A stretch of DNA of 64,000 nt from Haplodiscus bocki (Eukaryota), in the NCBI GenBank assembly GCA_965655095.1, contig OZ296651.1, forward strand, positions 3,658,001 through 3,722,000, read 5' to 3'. Within the stretch, counting starts at the first letter, position 1. Each line of letters begins with the position of its first letter. Below are positions 28,001 to 36,299 of the stretch, piece after piece. The notes beneath the pieces were generated by a model. The model saw nothing but the letters and a program-made list of their open reading frames with translations. It did no database searches and was not told the DNA's origin. Made by a program: the position numbers and the translations under genes.

Positions 28001-31000
28001 CGTCAGAATGTAATGGTAATCACATTTTATATAAAACACGAAAAGCACCATCAAACGTAAAGATGCAAGAAAACTGAAAGTACTGCCTTTCAGACAGTTT
28101 CAGATGTCAAGACCAAACAATCATCCGAAATTCCAGCACATATCTAGAAGATGACGTCTAAAAACAACACCAATCTCGACAAAAAAGATTCATCCCATCG
28201 TGAAAAAATCAGCGTTCACGCTTTCAAAAATTCATATTAAACACGGGAAACCTCATTAAACGAGAATCATTGCTACGAGCCATGAAAAACAACACAAAAA
28301 ATGCAGCTGTCAACTGACTGTCGAAAGCTAGGCTACCAAGAGGCCAAAAACAAGTGGTAAACAAGTAAACTCCGTTGCAGGAAAAACCAGCCGTATATGG
28401 GTAACCGGCAGAAAAACGCAGGCATGATGTTACAAAAACAGACAATAATTTTCTCAACAATTAGATTTTCTCAATAAACAATCAAAGCCTCAACATAGTT
28501 GAATATGCTAGCAAATCAAACAAGGTATAACCTGTAAGACACTTCAGATAACAGGAAAAACTAATTATCCAAATCAAACCAGCTATCTGGAAAAAAACGT
28601 CTAGAAACAACATCAATCTCAACCATAAACATGCATTCCAACGCGATAATTTCAGATCTATATGCCATTCATTATTCACAAGGAACACGGGAAACATCAT
28701 TATCCGACACAAACTTCTGAGTTGTCACAAAATAAACCCCTAAGACACGAAAACAAGGGCAAAAACAAATGTATTGCACATACAACTATTTCGAAGCAAA
28801 ATTCAGCCGTAGCTCGGTAAGACAGAAAAAAAGAAAATATTTCAGAAAAGAGTATCATTCTTATTAGACACACAAAACACCATCACATGTAAAAATGCTA
28901 AAAAAAATATGGTACTGCCTTCCAGATACCGTCAAATATCGAAGACAAGCAAAGATAAAAACAAATTCAGAAATATGGAAAGTGACGTTTTACTACACTA
29001 TACCTGGACAAAAAATGCATCCCATCATGAAGTGTTTGGATCTATACTTTCATCATTTTCAGATGCAACCCGGGAAACCTTGGCAACTGACAATATTAGC
29101 AGAGTGGTCACAAAAAACAGCAGCAAAATTACTCAACGCCAGCTGAGTGTCGAAAAACAGTCGACCAAGAGGCCGAAAACAGGTGGACTACATGTAAAAT
29201 CGTTTGAACCAAACTTCAGCAGTGAATCGGTAGCCGACAGCAGAAAAATGTCAGAATGCCAGGGTAATCATTTTTTTCAATGAAACACGAAAAACACTAT
29301 CAAATCTAAAGATGCAAGAAAACTAAAAGTACTGCGTTTCAGACAGTTTCAGATATCAAGAACAACCAATCATCCCAAATTCTAGGACATATCTCGAAGA
29401 TAAACGTCTCGAAACAGCAGCAACCTCGCCAATAAAGATGCAAGCCACCGTGCAAGAATCAGATCTACACGCATATAAATATTCATAACAGACACGGAAA
29501 ACCTCATCAACCGAGAACCACTGCTACGGAGCCATGAAAAACCCCACTAATAACGCAGCGCTGAGTGTCGAAAACTAGATTACTAAGAGGCCAAAAACAG
29601 GCGGTTACAAGTAAACTCCATTGATGGAAAAACCAGCCGTATATGGGTAACAGGCAGAAAAATTCAAACATGATAATACAAAAAATGACAACAATTTTCT
29701 TAACAAATAAATTTTGATACTACTCTAAAAAGGCTCATCATAGGTAAATATGCTAGACAATCAAACAATCTACTACTTCAGACACTCACAGATATCAAGA
29801 ACAACCAATGATCCAAATCAAACCAGATATCTGGAAAATGACGTCCAGAAACACAACTAATCTCGACAATAAACACTCATCCTACCGTGAAAAAAAAACA
29901 GATCTTCACGCTTTTAAAAACTCATATTAAACAGGGGAAACCTCATTAACCGAGAATCATTGCTACGGTGCCATTAAAAACAACACAAAAAATGCCGCTC
30001 TAACCAAGTGTCGAAAACTAGGCTACGAAAAGGCCAAAAACAAGTGGTTTACATGTAAACTCCGTGAAAGGAAAAACCAGCCGTATACGGGTAACAGACA
30101 GGAAATAGCCAACATGATATTACAAAAAAAAAAGACATTTCTTGACAAAAGAATTTTCATATTACACTCAAAGCCTCAACACAGTTAAATATGCTAGCAT
30201 TAAATATGCTAGCAAATCAAACAAGGTATAACCTGTCAGACACATCAGATAACAAGAACAACTAAAATCAGAACAATCCAAAAAAACTTTAAAAGAACGT
30301 CTGGAAACAACATCAATCTCAACCATAAACATACATTTCAACGCGCTAATCTCAGATCTATATTCCATTCAAAAATCATATGAAACACGGGAAACATCAT
30401 TAACCGACACAAACTTCTGAGTTGTCACAAAATAAACCCCCAAGACACGAAAACAACGGCAAAATCAAATGTATTGCACAAAAAACTATATCGAAGCAAA
30501 ATTCAGCCGTAGCTCGGTAAGACAGAAAAAAGCAAATACTTCAGAAAAGAGTATCATTCTTATTAGACACACAAAACACCATCACATGTAAATATGCTAA
30601 AAAAACATGGTACTGCCTTCCAGATACCGTCAAATATCGAAGACAACCAAAGATAAAAACAAATTCAGAAATATGGAAAATGACGTCTTACAACACTATA
30701 CCTGAACAAAAAATGCATCCCATCATGAAGTGTTTGGATCTCTACTTTCATCATTTTCCAATGAACCCGAAAAACCTTAGCAACCGACAACTTTCGGAGA
30801 GGGGTCACAAAAATAACCAGTAAAATTATGAAACGCCAGCTGAGTGTCGAAAAATAGTCAACGGAAAAGCCGAAAAGAGGTGGACTAAATGTAAAATCGT
30901 TTGAAGCAAACTTCAGTAGTGAATCGGTACCCGACAGCAGAAAATGTCAGAATGCCAGGGTAATCATTTTTTTCAATGAAACACGAAAAAAACTATCAAA

Positions 31001-31931
31001 TCTGAAGATGCAAGAAAACTAAACAAAGTACTGCCTTTCAGACAGTTTCAGATATCAAGAACAACCAATCATCCCAAATTCTAGGACATATCTCGAAGAT
31101 AAACGTCTCGAAACACCAGCAACCTCGCCAATAAAGATGCAAGCCATCGTGCAAGAATCAGATCTACACGCATACAAATATTCATAACAGACACAGGAAA
31201 CCTCATCAACCGAGAACCACTGCTACGGAGCCATGAAAAACCCCACTAAAAACGCAGCGCTGAGTGTCGAAAACTAGATTACTAAGAGGCCAAAAACAAG
31301 CGGTTACAAGTAAACTCCGTTGATGGAAAAACCAGCCGTATATGGGTAACAGGCAGAAAAATTCAAACATGATGATACAAAAAATGACACGACAAGTTTC
31401 TTAACAAATAAATTTTCATACTACTCTAAAAAGCCTCATCATAGGTAAATATGCTAGACAATCAAACAATCTACTACTTCAGACACTCACAGATATCAAG
31501 AACAACTAATGATCCAAATCAAACCAGATATCTGGAAAATGACGTCTAGAAACACAACTAATCTCGACAATAAACACTCATCCTACCGTAAAAAAAACAG
31601 ATCTTCACGCTTTTAAAAACTCATATTAAACAGGGGAAACCTCATTAACCGAGAATCATTGCTACGGGGCCATTAAAAACAACACAAAAAATGCCGCTCT
31701 AACCAAGTGTCGAAAACTACGCTACGAAAAGGCCAAAAACAAGTGGTTTACATGTAAACTCCGTGAAAGGAAAAACCAGCCGTATACGGGTAACAGACAG
31801 GAAAATGCAAACATGATATTACAAAAAAAAGACATTTCTTGACAAAAGAATTTTCATAATATTACGCTCAAAGCCTCAACACAGTTAAATATGCTAGCAT
31901 TAAATATGCTAGCAAATCAAACAAGGTATAA
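13021..31931. repeat. Satellite family B, left arm (monomers ~380-440 bp; 4-monomer ~1,697-bp HOR, 3-monomer ~1,248-bp unit, 4,638/6,335-bp superperiods)
   Basis: The motifs AAACACGGGAAACMTCATYAACCGA, GAGTGTCGAAAA, ACATGTAAA and TTCAGATATCAAGAAC recur about every 420 bp. ORF offsets are 16809/18506/20203 (1,697), 17288/21926 (4,638), 20203/26538 and 20642/26977 (6,335), and 27234/28482 (1,248). Confidence 0.95.
31928..31931 (+). repeat. Target-site duplication ATAA (left copy; right copy at 35630-35633)
   Basis: The empty site in sister monomers is ACAAGGT-ATAA-CCTGTCAG (e.g. ~30221-30239). Here the left flank ends ACAAGGT-ATAA and the right flank starts ATAA-CCTGTCAG. Confidence 0.7.
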
Positions 31932-32003
31932 ACAAATAAATAAATAAATAAACATTTTATTATTCTGGAAAAAATATCCAAAATACAAAGACACACTACA
32001 CCT
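31932..32003 (-). other. LINE 3' UTR: small stem-loop, AATAAA and (TTTA)n microsatellite tail
   Basis: The minus strand reads ...TTTTGGA TATTTTT TCCAGAA TAATAAAATG TTTATTTATTTATTTATTTGT. The stem (31983-31963) has one G:U pair. Short-repeat tails are typical of CR1/L2-group elements. Confidence 0.75.
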
Positions 32004-34619
32004 TTACAAAAAGTACACTCCCAAGCATCTGTTGGGGAAAATGCGGTGAGTACGACCTGCAATTGACGGCGGATGCCGATCTCTCAGGTGGGTACTTGCA
32101 TAATCAGTTCTTGATGGAATGAGGCTGTGAAGTGGGTGCTGGGGGTACTTGAGGCACTTGTTGAGCAGACGCTGATCTCTGTCAATGGAAACTGAATGGA
32201 TATCCTTGAATTCGTCGATAATTCCAAGGTGAACACATCTCCTTTGCAAAGAGTCAATGCGATTCAATTCTGTGTTAGATACTGATGCATATGCTTCAAT
32301 CCCATATATCAGTGTGGATAGAATGAACGCATTGTACAGTCTAGATAACTCAAGCTTATTGTAACCAAGGCGCTTAAGCTTCAGAAGAAGATATACATTA
32401 CGTCTGGCTTTGGATATCAAGTAATTAATATGGTTGCTCAGGGACATTGTGTTCGACACCATTATACCAACGATGTTCATTTCGGTAACTCTGGTAACAT
32501 CGGGAAACGCTGAAGGCAAAATAGTGTTTCTTGAAAGTTTGATCACTAATTCTTTCGATTTCGAACAGTTGAGGACGAATCCGTTGTTGTAGCACCAGTT
32601 TTTCACAAAGTCTAGCACTTTTTCAGCATCGTCGTCACCATTTTTGCCAGCACAGCAAGGATAGTTATCATCCGCAAATTTAACTAAGCTGTTTCGTAGA
32701 GTAAGCTCCGAAGGAAGCATAAATGATAGAGTAGATATATTGAAATATTTGGGGCCCCCAACAGTCCCTTGAGGAACGCCTTGATTAATACTAAGCCACT
32801 GCGAAGGTTTGCCGTTGCTAACAACTTTCTGTTGTCGGTCGCGCAAGAAGCTTGCAATCCAGCAAACAATGTTCGGATCCGCTCCAATATTGTTAAGGGA
32901 ACTCACAATTAATTGATGGCTAACTCTGTCAAAGGCTTTAGATAAATCTAATGAAATAATTCTGACGTAATCATAATTGTTTTCTTTATAGCATTGGATA
33001 ATATTCTGCACCTTAACAACCATTGTAGATGTTGAACCGTGTTGACGAAACCCAAACTGACTGCTGTCTAGCTTCCAATGATATAAATCGGATATAAAGA
33101 ATCTATCGACAAGTCTTTCAAAGATTCGGGCTACAACAGGAGTTATTGACATTGGACGTAAGCTATCTATCCGCGGAGGTGTCGTCTTCGGAAGAGGTGT
33201 AACAATAGCACGCTTCCAAATCGCAGGAAAAATTCCTTGCCTCAAACTTTCGTTAAAGATAACATGGACAACAGGAGTGAGTATATGAGCAAATTCTCGG
33301 AATACATACCAAGGTATGTTGTCACTACCACAAGCGGTACGACTGACTGACGACAATCCATAGTAAACTTGGTGTAATGATAAGCTCGGTGTATCTTTCA
33401 ATTTCAGTGCAGGAGTTTCTGGTAGTTTGTAATTAGAAGTGGTGCAAATATCTGCGAACATTTGGTTTATTGAGTTAACATCAAACTCGAGAGGAATAGT
33501 TGTTGGCCTTTGTTTACCAATGTAATTCTTGGTTTTATTCCACCATAACTTTGTGCCAATTTTCTGTTCGTTATGCTTTGTGTTGTCTATAATTAAGTTG
33601 CCGATTCGTTTGCTGAGTAACTCAACTTCATGCCATCGCTGATGCCGAACAAGACGTTGCTTCCGCTTCAAGAGTGTCTTTATAAGTGGTGTCATGTAAG
33701 TAGGGTCGCGAGATTTGATCGTTACTTGCTTCTCAGGGCAGGCAGTATTAAGTGCACTTTGGAGAATTTCTGTAAGTTGTTCTGTAGCCGCATTGATATC
33801 ACTGTTTGCTAATTGCGCGACGCTTTGGAAGTCAGTAGTACACAGCATGCTGTGCAGCAATTGCATATTTCTGGCTCTACAGTCCCGCAAAAGTTTCACC
33901 TGCCTTGTACTGGGTAATCTTTCACGGGGCGAACATACAATTCCGAAGTGATCAGTTTTGAATGTCATCTTTGTGAGGAGTATGTCGTCATAATAATATG
34001 GATGAGACGTAAACACGTAATCCAATACACTCCGTTCTCTAGTATTTCTGGTGTTAAGGGAACATAGCGACGTACTTCCGAGTAACTTAGATACTGGGAA
34101 TGTATTGAAATCGCCAGCAACCACCACAATTCTATGATCCGTATTATCAAGAAATGTATCGCACGTAGATGTGATGTGTTCAAGTAAGTCGGCTTGTTTA
34201 GTAGTTGACATGTCAGGCGGTACATAAATACAACATAGCAATAAGGGACGTTTGGCGTATACCTGAAGCCATAGATTTTCGAAGACTTCCGACTGTTCCG
34301 GATATTTCTGAATACATCTGACGTTTTTGTGAGTGTATATACAAACTCCTCCACCAGAAGATTTTTGAGAATTTAATGCAGTGCGGTCTGAGCGGTAACA
34401 GTCGAAGCCTGGGATACAAGAGAACCCATCTATAATCTCACTAGTAAACCAGGTTTCAGTAACAAAGCAAATATCTATGTCCAACGATGATAATTCAGCA
34501 GCTAAAAGCGACAATGCAATGTCTTTTTTCAGCGATCTACCATTGGTGAGCAGTAATTTAGGAACAGAGATATAAGTTGGTGCAACTGTTGGAGTTGATG
34601 TCGATGTGGGCTGAGATAG
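32004..34619 (-). CDS. LINE ORF2: apurinic-like endonuclease (APE/EEP) + reverse transcriptase, ~871 aa open frame (the track's 836-aa call starts at an internal TTG, 34514)
   Basis: APE motifs: LLTNGRSL (upstream of the called start), FVTETW, YRSDR, GGGVCIY, IYVPP, AGDFN, VLDYVF, TDH. RT motifs: GSDNIP, WKRAIVTPLPK, RPMSIT, QFGFR, LDLSKAFDRV, GVPQG, FADD, LNCSKS. The C-terminus contains HPLH. The frame is uninterrupted. Confidence 0.96.
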   Translation of the reverse strand, partial: LSQPTSTSTPTVAPTYISVPKLLLTNGRSLKKDIALSLLAAELSSLDIDICFVTETWFTSEIIDGFSCIPGFDCYRSDRTALNSQKSSGGGVCIYTHKNVRCIQKYPEQSEVFENLWLQVYAKRPLLLCCIYVPPDMSTTKQADLLEHITSTCDTFLDNTDHRIVVVAGDFNTFPVSKLLGSTSLCSLNTRNTRERSVLDYVFTSHPYYYDDILLTKMTFKTDHFGIVCSPRERLPSTRQVKLLRDCRARNMQLLHSMLCTTDFQSVAQLANSDINAATEQLTEILQSALNTACPEKQVTIKSRDPTYMTPLIKTLLKRKQRLVRHQRWHEVELLSKRIGNLIIDNTKHNEQKIGTKLWWNKTKNYIGKQRPTTIPLEFDVNSINQMFADICTTSNYKLPETPALKLKDTPSLSLHQVYYGLSSVSRTACGSDNIPWYVFREFAHILTPVVHVIFNESLRQGIFPAIWKRAIVTPLPKTTPPRIDSLRPMSITPVVARIFERLVDRFFISDLYHWKLDSSQFGFRQHGSTSTMVVKVQNIIQCYKENNYDYVRIISLDLSKAFDRVSHQLIVSSLNNIGADPNIVCWIASFLRDRQQKVVSNGKPSQWLSINQGVPQGTVGGPKYFNISTLSFMLPSELTLRNSLVKFADDNYPCCAGKNGDDDAEKVLDFVKNWCYNNGFVLNCSKSKELVIKLSRNTILPSAFPDVTRVTEMNIVGIMVSNTMSLSNHINYLISKARRNVYLLLKLKRLGYNKLELSRLYNAFILSTLIYGIEAYASVSNTELNRIDSLQRRCVHLGIIDEFKDIHSVSIDRDQRLLNKCLKYPQHPLHSLIPSRTDYASTHLRDRHPPSIAGRTHRIFPNRCLGVYFL

Positions 34620-34622
34620 TCA
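34617..34622 (-). promoter_or_regulatory. Candidate stop-codon readthrough signal TGA-CTA between ORF1 and ORF2
   Basis: Plus-strand TAGTCA reads TGACTA on the minus strand. It is the only stop between the ORF1 C-terminal frame and ORF2 (34622-34514 = 108, in frame). UGA-CUA is an established leaky-stop context. Confidence 0.7.
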
Positions 34623-34823
34623 CGATAGATCTACTTCCGATGTAACATCTTTGCCGTCAACATACAATCTCAAGCTTCTAACCTTTATGCGTCGTGAGTC
34701 AGTACCGCTGTTTATCAATTCCCGCCGATGACGTAGCAGTGTGTTTTCAATTTTTATTTGGGAAGGTGAAAGGCCTCGCGAAAGAAACACACGGTCCTTA
34801 AAGTCTTTCAGTAGGTAGGCTTT
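34620..34823 (-). pseudogene. Frameshifted C-terminal part of ORF1 (67 codons, +1 frame), ending at TGA 34622-34620
   Basis: Manual translation gives KAYLLKDFKDRVFLSRGLSPSQIKIENTLLRHRRELINSGTDSRRIKVRSLRLYVDGKDVTSEVDLS*. This resembles the LINE ORF1 C-terminal domain pattern (VFI..DL[ST].....L...R......G......L.V.G). It is in the same frame as ORF2. Confidence 0.82.
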
Positions 34824-35529
34824 AGACTTTTCTCATCTCCCACTCATTCTGGCATGTCACTAAGATCGTACGAGGACGGTCTATACCTTTTTCTTTCTTC
34901 ATTTGACCAAGTCGCTTGATGTTGGTGAAGCTCGTTGAAGTTCCCAAAAATTCGAAAATTTCCTTAACTGAGTTCTCTTCGGCCGACATGATTTCTTCAG
35001 ATCTTCTGTTTGTTGATTCCTTTACACCATCAATGCGAATTTGGCGTGGGTAATCCTCATTGTTGCTTCGTAGATCCGTTTGAGGCGGGGTGTGTGAATG
35101 GGCAATTCGTGGTTGTTGCTGTAAACTAGTCGAAATTTCCAATATTGAAGATTTAATTTCTTTGAGAGAATTCTCAAGTTGCTGGGGTAGCCCGTCATTC
35201 GATACGACTTCGGCCTGTTGCATCTTCTTTTGTTGAGAAAGTGATTCCGTGAGAAGAGCTTTAAGCGCTTTGGGATTCTTAGTTAGTACTTGCAACTGTT
35301 CTTCAACTCGTTCCTCGCTGAGAGCGAGAAGCTCAGCTATAGTTGGTATATTTCCAAGTACCTTGATTTTGGAGAACGGTACCTTGGTATCGAAGCGATC
35401 AGGCCATCCTTGATAGTGCACCAGTGCCTCGTTGTTAGATGCAAAAGTCTCTAATATCTTTGCTGGATAGTAGCGGTTGTCTTGAAGATCGATGGCGCTA
35501 ACCAACTGGCCCGATTTCCAGTCTGTCAT
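34822..35529 (-). CDS. LINE ORF1 (N-terminal 235 aa): Tudor-knot/chromo-barrel-like domain, coiled coil, RRM-like region; cut short by a frameshift
   Basis: ATG in GCTGCCATGA context. Residues 4-56 read W..GQLVSAID....YYPAKIL...LVHYQGWPDRFD..V...I. Heptad-like segments follow (LENSLKEIKSSILEISTSL), then the L1/CR1 ORF1-type motifs IRIDGVKE, KRLG and RPRTILV. Confidence 0.88.
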   Translation of the reverse strand: MTDWKSGQLVSAIDLQDNRYYPAKILETFASNNEALVHYQGWPDRFDTKVPFSKIKVLGNIPTIAELLALSEERVEEQLQVLTKNPKALKALLTESLSQQKKMQQAEVVSNDGLPQQLENSLKEIKSSILEISTSLQQQPRIAHSHTPPQTDLRSNNEDYPRQIRIDGVKESTNRRSEEIMSAEENSVKEIFEFLGTSTSFTNIKRLGQMKKEKGIDRPRTILVTCQNEWEMRKV

Positions 35530-36299
35530 GGCAGCAGATTATCACCGGGGTTGTTCACTCGGTACCCCACCGGGCCATGCTCTGAAACTATTTAATAAGT
35601 TTATCACAACAATTAGGCTGTCACAACAAATAACCTGTCAGACACATCAGATAACAAGAACAACTAAAATCAGAACAATCCAAAAAAACTTTAAAAGAAC
35701 GTCTGGAAAGGACATCAATCTCAACCATAAACATGCATTTCAACGCGCTAATCTCAGATCTATATTCCATTCAAAAATCATATGAAACACGGGAAACATC
35801 ATTAACCGACACAAACTTCTGAGTTGTCACAAAATAAACCCCTAAGACACGAAAACAACGGCAAAATCAAATGTATTGCACATAAAACTATTTCGAAGCA
35901 AAATTCAGCCGTAGCTCGGTAAGACAGAAAAAAGCAAATATTTCAGAAAAGTATCATTCTTATTAGACACACAAAACACCATCACATGTAAATATGCTAA
36001 AAAACATGGTACTGCCTTCTAGATACCGTCAAATATCGAAGACAACCAGAGATAAAAACAAATTCAGAAATATGGAAAATGACGTCTTACAACACTATAC
36101 CTGAACAAAAAATGCATCCCATCACGAAGTGTTTGGATCTCTACTTTCATCATTTTCCAATGAACCCGAAAAACCTTAGCAATCCACAACTTTCGCAGAG
36201 GGGTCACAAAAATCACCAGTAAAATTATGAAACGCCAGCTGAGTGTCGAAAAATAGTCAACCGAAAAGCCGAAAAGAGGTGGACTAAATGTAAAATCGT

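Larger units (their letters stand above)
31932..35629 (-). mobile_element. Non-LTR retrotransposon (LINE, APE-RT type, CR1/L2-like group), ~3.7 kb, both ORFs present
   Basis: Unique, compositionally balanced sequence interrupts the satellite B monomer ...ACAAGGTATAA|CCTGTCAGACAC... It carries ORF1 and an APE/RT ORF2, a short 3' UTR with AATAAA and a (TTTA)n tail, and flanking ATAA direct repeats. No RNase H or C-terminal CCHC motif is visible. Clade assignment is from motif recognition only. Confidence 0.96.

Noticed and set aside
1617-31000. Many 60-126 aa ORFs recurring in near-identical copies (also 36-64 kb)
   Set aside because: They are translations of satellite monomers: composition-driven (K/N/T-rich or F/L/V-rich), broken by homopolymer indels between copies, and with no domain motifs.
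31886-31915. 15-bp tandem duplication TAAATATGCTAGCA next to the LINE 3' end as a possible TSD
   Set aside because: The same duplication occurs in uninserted monomers (~30186, ~37284, ~40675), so it predates the insertion.
32684-34419. Small ORFs overlapping ORF2 (32684, 33630, 33715, 33965, 34213)
   Set aside because: They are alternate-frame or antisense shadows of the RT ORF with no recognisable motifs.
32004-34619. Bacterial RT system (retron, group II intron, DGR) or telomerase
   Set aside because: The N-terminal APE endonuclease, ORF1, microsatellite tail and TSD identify a eukaryotic non-LTR retrotransposon.
35530-35629. HDV-like ribozyme at the LINE 5' end
   Set aside because: I could not build the nested double-pseudoknot pairings by eye; only simple stems are visible.
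35492-35785. 97-aa plus-strand ORF crossing the LINE 5' junction (and 31868-32062 at the 3' junction)
   Set aside because: Chance fusions of LINE and satellite sequence with no coding signature.
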